From NCBI GenBank assembly GCA_049320885.1, contig JBMORA010000012.1, forward strand, positions 32,001 to 96,000: a DNA stretch of 64,000 nt, written 5' to 3'. The number at the start of each line of letters is the position of its first letter. Positions within the stretch are counted from its first letter, which is position 1. A program made the position numbers and the translations under genes. Of this stretch, positions 1-8,878 are shown one piece after another. Under the pieces are notes generated by a model, which saw only the letters and a program-made list of their open reading frames with translations, searched no databases and was not told the origin of the DNA. The DNA comes from Thermodesulfobacteriota bacterium (GTDB lineage: Bacteria; Desulfobacterota; Desulfobacteria; Desulfobacterales; SURF-7).

Positions 1-237
1 GTGTTGACCGGTATCATTGCCGGATTGCTGGCCCAGGGCTTTGATCCCGTTGTTGCCGCGACAGCGGGAGTTTATCTGCACGGCGCCGCCGCGGATTTGA
101 CGGCCGCAGCTGTCGGGGGGTATGGATATCAGGCCGGGCAGGTAGCCGATGCCTTGCCCCGGGCGGTTTCCCGGCTGCTCAACCGGAATGGGGACGGGGA
201 AGGGACATGGCGCCTGCCCGAGCAACGGGGTCTGTGA
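1..237 (+). CDS. nnr: NAD(P)H-hydrate dehydratase (YjeF/Nnr C-terminal part), truncated by the window edge
   Basis: The sequence 'LTGIIAGLLAQG...AGVYLHGAAAD' is typical of the YjeF C-terminal domain; lies directly upstream of tsaE, a common synteny. Confidence 0.85.
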   Translation: MLTGIIAGLLAQGFDPVVAATAGVYLHGAAADLTAAAVGGYGYQAGQVADALPRAVSRLLNRNGDGEGTWRLPEQRGL

Positions 238-743
238 TGACGGCCCTCCCATCCGATCCCAGGGGTCCCATGGGCAGTCTCCGCGTGCTCAGCGCCACGC
301 CCGATGAAACCCGCAGCCTGGGATACCGGATGGGGCAACGACTGACAGGTGGAACCATCCTGGCCCTGGAAGGGGAACTGGGCAGCGGCAAAACGGTTTT
401 CGTCCAGGGGCTGGCCAGCGGACTGGATGTCCCGGAATCGTATTATGTCGTCAGCCCCACCTATACGATTGTGAACGAATTTCCGGGAAGATTTCCCTTG
501 GTGCACGTGGATCTCTACCGGATATCCGCGGCCGATGAAATGGATGCTATCGGCCTCGCAGACGCGTATACGGGCAGGGAAGTCGTTGCCGTGGAATGGG
601 CCAACCGGCTTCCGGAAGGATATTGGCGAATTCATATCCGGGTGGTTTTCACCGTCACGGGGGATGACCTTCGCGAAATCAACTTGATTCCGTATGGACA
701 GGCAGCGGCGGATCTGATAGGAGAAATCAAAAATTGCGTGTAA
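237..743 (+). CDS. tsaE: tRNA threonylcarbamoyladenosine biosynthesis ATPase TsaE
   Basis: GELGSGKT Walker A, SPTYTIVNEF, HVDLYR and VEWA motifs; the ATG overlaps the nnr stop (TGATG). Confidence 0.95.
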   Translation: MTALPSDPRGPMGSLRVLSATPDETRSLGYRMGQRLTGGTILALEGELGSGKTVFVQGLASGLDVPESYYVVSPTYTIVNEFPGRFPLVHVDLYRISAADEMDAIGLADAYTGREVVAVEWANRLPEGYWRIHIRVVFTVTGDDLREINLIPYGQAAADLIGEIKNCV

Positions 744-752
744 GGAGCGGAT

Positions 753-1976
753 ATGGGATTATATGTACAGAAATTCGGCGGCACATCGGTGGCCAATGTT
801 AAACGAATTCGAAATGTTGCATCGCGAGTGGCCCGGACTTACGATCAGGGGAACGACGTCGTCGTAGTGCTGTCGGCCATGGCCGGCGTCACGGACGGGC
901 TGCTCGAGCTGGCCGGCTCGGCCTCCTCCAACCCGGACAGGCGCGAACTGGACGTGCTGCTCGCGACGGGTGAGCAGACAACCGTGGCGCTTTTGGCGAT
1001 GATGCTGCGGGATATGAATTATCCGGCCACGTCCCTGCTGGGATTTCAAGCCGACATTCTGACCAACGATCAGGCCTGCAATGCAAGGATCGTCAGCATC
1101 GGAGCGGATCGCATCCGCGCTCTGCTGGAAAAACGGCATATTGTCGTGATCGCCGGATTTCAAGGCTACGACCCGAACGGCAATATCACCACCCTGGGCC
1201 GGGGCGGATCCGACACTTCCGCCGTGGCCGTGGCTGCGGCCATCAAAGCCGACGCTTGTGAAATTTATACGGATGTGGACGGCATTTACACCACCGATCC
1301 GAATGTCTGTGACAAGGCCAGGAAAATCAAACGGATCTCGTACGACGAAATGCTGGAACTCGCCAGCCTGGGGGCCAAGGTGTTGCAGATCCGGTCGGTG
1401 GAATTCGCGAAAAAATACAATGTTCCGGTGCATGTCAGATCATCTTTCAGCGAGGAGGAAGGGACTATGGTGGTTCAGGAAGATATGGATATGGAGCGCC
1501 TTGTGGTTTCCGGCGTCACCTGTAATAAAAACGAATCCCGGATTACGTTGAAAAAGGTTCCAGACCAGCCCGGGACGGCGGCAAAAATTTTTACGCCCCT
1601 GGCCGACGCCAATATCCAGGTCGATATGATCATCCAGAACTTCCGCGCCGGTGGTGAAACGGATGTGAGTTTCACCGTGCCCAGGGGCAGCTTCAAACAG
1701 GCCCTGGAAATCTCGAAAAAAACGGCGGAAGCGATCAACGCGACCGAGGTCCTGACCGCCGAGAACATCGCCAAAGTGTCGGTGGTGGGCGTAGGCATGA
1801 GAAACCATTCCGGCGTCGCCGCCAGGATGTTCAGCGCCCTTGCGGCGGAGAACATCAATATCCGGCTCATCAGTACATCGGAAATCCGGATTTCTTGCGT
1901 CATCGAGGAAAAATATGCCGAACTGGCGGTGCGGGTGCTGCACAGCGCCTTCGGTCTGGACAAGGATCCGGTTTAG
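753..1976 (+). CDS. lysC: aspartate kinase
   Basis: [21 protein letters not shown], two ACT domains, STSEIRIS. Confidence 0.97.
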   Translation: MGLYVQKFGGTSVANVKRIRNVASRVARTYDQGNDVVVVLSAMAGVTDGLLELAGSASSNPDRRELDVLLATGEQTTVALLAMMLRDMNYPATSLLGFQADILTNDQACNARIVSIGADRIRALLEKRHIVVIAGFQGYDPNGNITTLGRGGSDTSAVAVAAAIKADACEIYTDVDGIYTTDPNVCDKARKIKRISYDEMLELASLGAKVLQIRSVEFAKKYNVPVHVRSSFSEEEGTMVVQEDMDMERLVVSGVTCNKNESRITLKKVPDQPGTAAKIFTPLADANIQVDMIIQNFRAGGETDVSFTVPRGSFKQALEISKKTAEAINATEVLTAENIAKVSVVGVGMRNHSGVAARMFSALAAENINIRLISTSEIRISCVIEEKYAELAVRVLHSAFGLDKDPV

Positions 1977-2015
1977 CGTCAGCACCGGCGCACCCCTCAT
2001 GGAAACGACAAGAAG

Positions 2016-2111
2016 ATGAAGGCCTTCGATCCGGATCAATTGACCGTTGCCGTCCTGATCGGACTCCTCATCTTCTTTCTCTATCTGGCACGACTGGTTA
2101 CCGCACTATGA
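2016..2111 (+). CDS. putative 31-aa single-pass membrane peptide (MKAFDPDQLTVAVLIGLLIFFLYLARLVTAL)
   Basis: Translated by hand (below the ORF-track cutoff); fills the lysC-mlaE gap, has one clean hydrophobic helix and ends 16 nt before mlaE. Confidence 0.55.
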   Translation: MKAFDPDQLTVAVLIGLLIFFLYLARLVTAL

Positions 2112-2127
2112 ACAAGACGAAATCCAT

Positions 2128-2931
2128 ATGGCCAGAATAGGCGCCCTCATCGATATGCTCTCCGCCCTGGGCGGCCCCCCGTTGGCCCGGCTCCAGGAAA
2201 TGGGACGCATGGCCGTTTTTTTTTTCAACGGACTGTTTCTGGTTTTCAGTTATCCGTTCCAGCTGCGTAAATTCGTCCAGCAGGTGTATTTCATCGGCGC
2301 CAAATCCGTCGTCGTGGTGGCCCTCACCGGAGCGTTTACCGGAATGGTGCTCGGGCTTCAGGGATATTACACCCTGGTTAAATTCGGCTCCGAGGGCTTG
2401 CTTGGCGCCGCCGTGGCCCTGTCCCTGATCCGTGAACTCGGGCCGGTATTGACCGCCATCATGATCATCGGCCGGGCCGGATCGGCCATAGCGGCCGAAC
2501 TCGGAATGATGAGGGTTTCCGAACAAATCGACGCCCTGGCCACCATGGACGTCAACCCGATCCGGTTCTTGATCAGTCCCAAACTGGCTGCCGCCGCCAT
2601 CAGTTTCCCGTTGCTGACCGCCATCTTCGACGTTGTGGGAATTTACGGGGGATACCTCACCGGTTCGATGCTGCTGGGCATCAGTCCGGGCGCCTATTTC
2701 GCCAGGATCGAATCGAGTGTTTCCATGACGGACATCAACGGCGGTTTCATCAAATCCATTGTTTTCGCCGCGGTGGTGATGGCGGTCTGCTGTTACCGGG
2801 GTTATTTCGTCCATACCAGAAAGGAAGGCTTCGGCGCCAAGGGGGTCAGTCTGACGACGACCTCCGCGGTGGTGATGTCCAGCGTGCTTGTTCTGGTGGC
2901 GGATTATGTATTAACATCCTTTTTATTGTGA
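2128..2931 (+). CDS. mlaE: MlaE-family ABC permease
   Basis: LIRELGPVLTAIMIIGRAGSAIAAELGMMRVSEQIDAL motif; operon context. Confidence 0.95.
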   Translation: MARIGALIDMLSALGGPPLARLQEMGRMAVFFFNGLFLVFSYPFQLRKFVQQVYFIGAKSVVVVALTGAFTGMVLGLQGYYTLVKFGSEGLLGAAVALSLIRELGPVLTAIMIIGRAGSAIAAELGMMRVSEQIDALATMDVNPIRFLISPKLAAAAISFPLLTAIFDVVGIYGGYLTGSMLLGISPGAYFARIESSVSMTDINGGFIKSIVFAAVVMAVCCYRGYFVHTRKEGFGAKGVSLTTTSAVVMSSVLVLVADYVLTSFLL

Positions 2932-2935
2932 CGTC

Positions 2936-4147
2936 ATGAACCAGTCGCTCATTCAATTCGATGGGGTCGTCAAGTCCTTCGGGGATAATACGGTGTTGAA
3001 AGGCGTGAGTCTGTCGATACCCCGGGGAGCCATCACCGCCGTTATCGGAAAAAGCGGAACGGGGAAAAGCGTCCTGCTGAAGCACATGATCGGACTCATC
3101 CGGCCGGACAAGGGACAGGTGCTGTTCCAGGGGAAATCCATCCTGAAATTGAAGGGGGCTGAAAAAAGGGCTTTCAAAAGTAAAATCAGCTATATGTTTC
3201 AAGGTTCGGCCCTGTTCGACTCCATGACGGTTTATGAAAACATCGCGCTGCCGCTTCTGGAGCGAACGCGGCTGCAAAAAGAGGACGTACGCCGCAAGGT
3301 CAGGGAAAAAATGGATCAACTGGAACTGTTCAATGTGGATCAGCAGTATCCATCCCAGATTTCGGGTGGCATGAAGAAAAGAGTCGCCCTTGCCCGGGCC
3401 CTGGTGACCGATCCGGAAATCATTCTGTTTGACGAACCCACCACGGGTCTCGACCCCATTCGCAAACACGCCGTTCACAGCATGATATCGGATTACCAGA
3501 AGCGTTTCGGTTTCACCGGGGTAGTGGTCAGCCATGAAATTCCGGATGTATTCCATATTTCCCAGCGGATCATCATGCTGGATGAAGGCGCGATCATTTT
3601 CGAAGGTCAGCCGGACCTTCTTCAGGAATCGAACGATCCGGTGATCCGTGATTTTCTGCGCGGCAACGAAAGCCGTATGGTCGATAACAGCGGGATGGCG
3701 CCTCAGCCGGTGGGGGAAAAGCGTTTCCGGGAGGAGATAGCCCGGATGCTGCGTTTCCGGATGCCGTTCTCCGTCATACTGTTGACCATCACCAACATGG
3801 ATGAGATCAATTCCAGGATCGGCCATATGGCGACCCAGGCCGTCATGAAGGATTTCGCCGGAAAAGTCCAGAAGCACCTTCGAATCATCGACACCTGTTT
3901 CCGCTGCGGTTTGAACCGGATGATGATCATTCTTACCTGCAGTATGTTGGAACAGGCCCGGAACGCCTGTGCGCGGTTGTCCCATGAACTGAGCCGGGCG
4001 GAGATCATCGAGCTGATGCCGTATCCGGAATTCTGTTTTCGAATCACGGCCGGATTCCTGGAAATCCGGGAAGAGTGTCGTTTGGAAGATATTCTATCCA
4101 GCGCGGATTCATGGCAGAACATGCGTTATGAATTCCGGATCTGCTGA
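2936..4147 (+). CDS. mlaF: MlaF-family ABC ATPase with a C-terminal degenerate GGDEF-like domain
   Basis: GKSGTGKS, ISGGMKKRVALARAL and ILFDEPTTGLDP motifs; an extra ~155-aa tail follows the GGDEF sequence pattern. Confidence 0.9.
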   Translation: MNQSLIQFDGVVKSFGDNTVLKGVSLSIPRGAITAVIGKSGTGKSVLLKHMIGLIRPDKGQVLFQGKSILKLKGAEKRAFKSKISYMFQGSALFDSMTVYENIALPLLERTRLQKEDVRRKVREKMDQLELFNVDQQYPSQISGGMKKRVALARALVTDPEIILFDEPTTGLDPIRKHAVHSMISDYQKRFGFTGVVVSHEIPDVFHISQRIIMLDEGAIIFEGQPDLLQESNDPVIRDFLRGNESRMVDNSGMAPQPVGEKRFREEIARMLRFRMPFSVILLTITNMDEINSRIGHMATQAVMKDFAGKVQKHLRIIDTCFRCGLNRMMIILTCSMLEQARNACARLSHELSRAEIIELMPYPEFCFRITAGFLEIREECRLEDILSSADSWQNMRYEFRIC

Positions 4148-4162
4148 ATATAGGGAGGTGCT

Positions 4163-4609
4163 ATGAAGCGCGTAACCATGGAGACGATCACAGGCGCGTT
4201 TGTGCTGGTGGGTATCATCTGTATCGGTTATTTGACGATCCGATACGGGAAAATGGAAATCGTGGGTGAGAATACCTATGAAATCATCGGACGCTTTGAG
4301 TCGGTGACCGGACTGAAAACCGGAGCCAGTATCGAACTGGCCGGGGTGCAGGTCGGCCAAGTGAGCAGGATCAGACTGGATGAGGAGCAGCAACGAGCCC
4401 TGGTGACCATGAAAATTCAGAAAGATCTGGTGTTGACCGATGACGTGATCGCCTCCATCAAGACGGCCGGACTCATCGGGGACAAATACATCAAGCTCTC
4501 GCCGGGCGGCTCCGATGAATTGCTGAAACCGGGTGACATGATCACCGAAACGGAATCGGCGCTGGACCTGGAGGAGTTGATCAGCAAATACGTTTTCGGC
4601 AAGCTCTGA
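4163..4609 (+). CDS. mlaD: MlaD (MCE domain) protein
   Basis: N-terminal TM helix, GLKTGASIELAGVQVG, IKTAGLIGDKYI; GGAGG RBS. Confidence 0.95.
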   Translation: MKRVTMETITGAFVLVGIICIGYLTIRYGKMEIVGENTYEIIGRFESVTGLKTGASIELAGVQVGQVSRIRLDEEQQRALVTMKIQKDLVLTDDVIASIKTAGLIGDKYIKLSPGGSDELLKPGDMITETESALDLEELISKYVFGKL

Positions 4610-4629
4610 TGCAGATAAAGGAGAGAACT

Positions 4630-5265
4630 ATGAAGCAATGGATGAGAGCCGTAGCGACGGCCGTATTCATACTGGGGATGGCCTGGAATGCCGCCTGGTC
4701 GGCGACTCCCGCCGAACCCATGGCGGCATTGAAGATTCCCGTTGATGAAGTCATTTCCCTCTTGAAGGATCCGCAATGGAAGGAACCCGGCAGGGAAGTC
4801 GCTCAGCGGGAAAAAATCATGACGGTGGTCGGAACTATTTTTGATTTCACGGAAGTGTCCAAGCGGACGCTGGCGCAAAATTGGAAGCGGTTCAATCCGC
4901 AGCAGCGGAAAGAGTTCACCGAGGTTTTCGGCGATTTCCTTGGGTTCACTTATTATAAGAAAGTGCGGGACTCCTACCAGGGCGAAACCGTCGTCTATCT
5001 CGCCCAGGAGATGAACGGTTCGGACAAAGCCGTGGTCAAGACGAAGATACCGCGACCGGCCGGTGACATCCCGCTGGATTACCGCATGCTGAAACGCCGG
5101 GAGAACTGGCGGGTGTATGATGTCGTGATTGAGGGCGTCAGCCTGGTGCAGAACTACCGCACCCAGTTTAAAAAGATCCTGGACAAGGAAACCCCCGATC
5201 AGTTGATCGCGAAATTGAAGGAAAAAACGGCGCAACAGAAAAATGATTCTGAAAAAGAGCCGTGA
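4630..5265 (+). CDS. mlaC: MlaC/Ttg2D periplasmic phospholipid-binding protein
   Basis: Signal peptide; WRVYDVVIEGVSLVQNYRTQF motif; AGGAG RBS before ATG 4630. Confidence 0.93.
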   Translation: MKQWMRAVATAVFILGMAWNAAWSATPAEPMAALKIPVDEVISLLKDPQWKEPGREVAQREKIMTVVGTIFDFTEVSKRTLAQNWKRFNPQQRKEFTEVFGDFLGFTYYKKVRDSYQGETVVYLAQEMNGSDKAVVKTKIPRPAGDIPLDYRMLKRRENWRVYDVVIEGVSLVQNYRTQFKKILDKETPDQLIAKLKEKTAQQKNDSEKEP

Positions 5266-6218
5266 TGAACTTCGAAATCCCTTCCGCCCCGTCCGGTTTC
5301 CGGTTGCAACCGGTCCGCCGCATCCCGGGGAGTGAAAAACCGCGAACAAGCTTCGGTCGTCATTCATTCGGATTCATGGGGTTGGTGCTGCTTTTCTGGA
5401 TGGGCATGATCGGCGGAGACATCCCTGCCGCAGCCGGGGAGGTAAACACTCCGGCCCTTGCGGGGATATCCGCGGAGGAAAGACAGGCGCTCTCCGGAAC
5501 GTCCGGTGTTGTCGCGGAACCGGAAGACATCCGTTCCGGGGAGGAGGGTGACGAGGATTTTGACGATGAGGATCTCGATTTCCTGGATGAAGAGGAACTG
5601 GACGATCCGGCGGCAAGCGTGCCCGACCCGCTGGAACCCTGGAATCGCGCTATGTTTCATTTCAATGACCGTTTGTACTTCTGGCTGCTGAAACCCGTCT
5701 GCCGCGGATATAACTACCTTCTGCCCGTTTTCGCGCGGACGGGGATCAAGCATTTTTTTGTCAATGCGGCTGCGCCCATCCGGATCTTCAACTGCCTGCT
5801 CCAGGGCCGGGTGATGGACGCGGAAGCCGAATGGGCGCGTTTCCTCATGAACAGCACGGTGGGTGCGGCCGGCTTCGGGAACCCCGCGGAAACGATCCCG
5901 GATCTGTACCGGCGAGACGAGGATCTGGGGCAATCGTTGGGGGCATTCGGCATCGGCGACGGCTTCTATTTGATCTGGCCCGTCATCGGCCCGTCGACCC
6001 TGCGGGATTCGCTGGGCGATATCGGCGATGGCTTCCTCAACCCCCGCTTTTATCTGAATCCTTTTCTGCTGTCCGCCGGATTGTGGTCCCTGGAAAAAGT
6101 GAACGATACTTCCTTCCGCCTGGGAGATTATGAAACCCTGATGGAGGCGGCCATGGAACCTTACGATGCCTTGCGTGACGGCTATATCCAGTCGCGGATG
6201 AAAAAAATCGCTGAATGA
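5262..6218 (+). CDS. mlaA: MlaA/VacJ family protein
   Basis: DPLEPWNRAMFHFND, EDLGQSLG and GPSTLRD motifs; acidic N-terminal linker; start uncertain. Confidence 0.93.
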   Translation: MMNFEIPSAPSGFRLQPVRRIPGSEKPRTSFGRHSFGFMGLVLLFWMGMIGGDIPAAAGEVNTPALAGISAEERQALSGTSGVVAEPEDIRSGEEGDEDFDDEDLDFLDEEELDDPAASVPDPLEPWNRAMFHFNDRLYFWLLKPVCRGYNYLLPVFARTGIKHFFVNAAAPIRIFNCLLQGRVMDAEAEWARFLMNSTVGAAGFGNPAETIPDLYRRDEDLGQSLGAFGIGDGFYLIWPVIGPSTLRDSLGDIGDGFLNPRFYLNPFLLSAGLWSLEKVNDTSFRLGDYETLMEAAMEPYDALRDGYIQSRMKKIAE

Positions 6219-6301
6219 TGAGATTTGAAATTTGAGATTGGAGATTTGAGATTGGAACACGAAGTTGGAGCTCTCAAATCTTAAATTTCAAATCTCAAAT
6301 T
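6219..6301. repeat. inverted arrays of heptamer tandem repeats (TGAGATT-like) forming a long hairpin
   Basis: TGAGATT TGAAATT TGAGATT GGAGATT TGAGATT at 6219-6253, then about four reverse-complement units at 6271-6301. Confidence 0.9.
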
Positions 6302-6323
6302 GTCTTTCCCAAAGGAGGTGACG

Positions 6324-7583
6324 GTGATCGCCGAAATTCTAGCCACAGGGGATGAGGTCTTGACTGGAGCAGTGGTGGACAGCAATTCCGCCCATATATC
6401 CGAAAGGCTGGGCGGCGCCGGGATAGCGGTGACCTGCCATACCTGCGTCGGCGATGACCTTGACCGGCTGACGGAAATCCTTATGGCCATCGCCGGGCGA
6501 TCCGACATCGCCGTGGTCACCGGCGGCCTTGGACCGACCTTCGACGATCTGACATCCGATGCCGTGGCAAAAGCTGCGGGCGTGGAACTGGCTTTCAATG
6601 CCGAAGCCGACGCTTCCATCGACCGGTTCTTTGCCGCCCGGCGGTTTCCGAGAACCGCGTCGGATCGCAAACAGGCCATGCTGCCCGTTGGCTCCACCTG
6701 CCTGCCGAATCCGGTGGGATCGGCGCCGGGGTTCATGCTGCGGATCCGGCGGTGCCTTTTTTTCTGTCTTCCCGGCGTGCCGTCCGAGATGCGTCGGATG
6801 CTGGATGATGAAGTGCTGCCGCGTATCGAGACGGTATCGGGCAAGCAGGGGGATATCCGCCGGATGAAAACCCTCTGTCTTTTCGGGTTGCCGGAGGCGG
6901 CCGTGGGCGAAAGACTGGCGGGATGCGATGGCGAATTGCCGGATGTGAAAATCGGACTGCGGGCGACGTTCCCCATTATTCAGGTCCGGCTGTACGCCGA
7001 TGGGAGAACGGAGGAAATCGTGCGGGAAAAAATCGCCGCCGCATCCGACTGGGTCAAATCGCGCCTGGGGTCACGCGTCTATTCCGATGACGGGGAAACC
7101 CTGGAGGAAACCGTCGGGCGGCTGCTGCGGGAGCGCGGCAGCACCCTGGCCGTGGCGGAAAGCTGCACCGGCGGGCTGCTGTCCCATATGGTGACCAATG
7201 TGCCGGGGAGTTCGAGCTATTTCCTCTCCTCCGTGGTGGCCTATTCCAATCCGGCCAAGCAGGCGTTTCTGGGCGTCTCCGCCGCGACCCTGTCGGCTTT
7301 CGGCGCCGTTGACGAGGCGACGGTGAAGGAAATGGCTGCGGGCGTCCGCCGCATGGCCGATGCCACCTATGGGCTGGCCACGAGCGGTATCGCGGGGCCG
7401 GACGGCGGCACGGATCAGAAGCCGGTGGGCACGATCTGCGTCGGAATCGCCACACCCGCGGAGACCCGATCCATGCGACTTTCGCTTTCTTTCGGCAGCC
7501 GGTCCCGCAACAAGCTGTTTTTTGCCGTCCTGGCGTTGGAAATGCTGAGAAAGGAGTTGCTGGCGTTGCCGCCGGGTTTGTGA
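6324..7583 (+). CDS. cinA: CinA family protein (MoCF-like domain plus PncC NMN deamidase domain)
   Basis: GDEVLTG..VDSN, GGLGPTFDDLT, AESCTGG and SGIAGPDGG motifs; AGGAGG RBS before GTG 6324. Confidence 0.95.
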   Translation: MIAEILATGDEVLTGAVVDSNSAHISERLGGAGIAVTCHTCVGDDLDRLTEILMAIAGRSDIAVVTGGLGPTFDDLTSDAVAKAAGVELAFNAEADASIDRFFAARRFPRTASDRKQAMLPVGSTCLPNPVGSAPGFMLRIRRCLFFCLPGVPSEMRRMLDDEVLPRIETVSGKQGDIRRMKTLCLFGLPEAAVGERLAGCDGELPDVKIGLRATFPIIQVRLYADGRTEEIVREKIAAASDWVKSRLGSRVYSDDGETLEETVGRLLRERGSTLAVAESCTGGLLSHMVTNVPGSSSYFLSSVVAYSNPAKQAFLGVSAATLSAFGAVDEATVKEMAAGVRRMADATYGLATSGIAGPDGGTDQKPVGTICVGIATPAETRSMRLSLSFGSRSRNKLFFAVLALEMLRKELLALPPGL

Positions 7584-8839
7584 AAATGAAGGCTTCCAAG
7601 ACGTTTTATTGCCGGGCCGGCTGGCTGGTGGACGGCTTAGGCGGTCCCATCCGGCGGGATGCGTTGCTGGAAATCAGCGACGGGGTGTTTGGCTCCATCC
7701 ATGGGCATCCGGAGGATTTCCTTGCGGTCAATGCCGAAATCCGCCTTCGGACGGTGGATTTCAGCGATTGCACGCTGTTGCCGGGATTGATGGACGGCCA
7801 TGTCCATTTGTCCATGTCCGGAACCACGGATGATGCCGCCCGAATCCGACAGCTGGAGAACGGCTATGGGGAGAGCCGCGAGGTTATCCGCTTCCATCTG
7901 CAACGCCATTTGGAGCACGGCATCGTGGCCGTGCGGGACGGGGGGGATCACCATGGTTTCGTCGCGCGTTTTCAGCAGGAAAGCGGATCCCATGGGGGCG
8001 CGGATGTCCGGATACGGTCAGCGGGCAGGGCTTTTCATGCCCATGGCCGCTACGGCCGCCTGATCGGCCGGCCGCCGGTTACCGGACGATCCCTGGCGGA
8101 TTCCGTCGCGGATGACCCGGAAGCCAAAGACCACCTGAAAATCGTCAACTCCGGTCTCAACAGCCTGAAAGAGTACGGTCGCCAGACCGCTTGCCAGTTC
8201 GCCGCGGCGGATTTGAAGAAAGCCGTGGCAACGGCCGCGGCAAGGGGCTGGAAAACCATGATTCACGCCAATGGCCGGCTGCCGGTGACCGATGCCGTGG
8301 AGGCCGGATGCTGCTCCATCGAGCATGGTTTTTTCATGGGAACGGACAACTTGAAGCGCATGGCGGATTGCGGAACCGTCTGGGTGCCGACGGCGGTGAC
8401 CATGTCTGCGTATCTGCGCTTGATGGAACCGGGGAGTCCGGAGCAATCGGTGGTCCGGCGGACCCTCGATCACCAACTGGAACAGATGGCGGCAGCCAGG
8501 CGTCTGGGGGTCGCGGTGGTGCTGGGTACCGACGCCGGCAGTCCGGGAGTGCATCATGGCCAGGCGGTGAGGGAAGAACTGGGGTTGCTGATGAAGGCCG
8601 GTTTTTCCATCGAGGAGGCGATAAAGTGCGCATCTTCCGCGGCCGCCCGTCTGCTCGGACTGGAAGCATGGGGTCGGATCGAAGCCGGCGGAAGGGCCTG
8701 CTGGATAGCGGTGAAGGGCGCGCCGGATGGACTCCCCGGCAGTCTGGCGCAAATACGGGCTATTTACATGGATGGCCAACTGCGCTATGAAACAGATCAG
8801 GGGGGATGCCGTTCAGCGTCTCCGCCCCCGGCCCGATGA
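7580..8839 (+). CDS. metal-dependent amidohydrolase family protein
   Basis: LLPGLMDGHVH (HxH), MIHANG, IEHG, GTDAG. Confidence 0.9.
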   Translation: MKMKASKTFYCRAGWLVDGLGGPIRRDALLEISDGVFGSIHGHPEDFLAVNAEIRLRTVDFSDCTLLPGLMDGHVHLSMSGTTDDAARIRQLENGYGESREVIRFHLQRHLEHGIVAVRDGGDHHGFVARFQQESGSHGGADVRIRSAGRAFHAHGRYGRLIGRPPVTGRSLADSVADDPEAKDHLKIVNSGLNSLKEYGRQTACQFAAADLKKAVATAAARGWKTMIHANGRLPVTDAVEAGCCSIEHGFFMGTDNLKRMADCGTVWVPTAVTMSAYLRLMEPGSPEQSVVRRTLDHQLEQMAAARRLGVAVVLGTDAGSPGVHHGQAVREELGLLMKAGFSIEEAIKCASSAAARLLGLEAWGRIEAGGRACWIAVKGAPDGLPGSLAQIRAIYMDGQLRYETDQGGCRSASPPPAR

Positions 8840-8878
8840 GACATCGGGGCAATCGCCAAGGAAGAAGAAGGTATTATC

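Noticed and set aside
6219..6301. Heptamer array as a CRISPR array
   Set aside because: The units are 7 nt with no unique spacers, and there are no cas genes in the window
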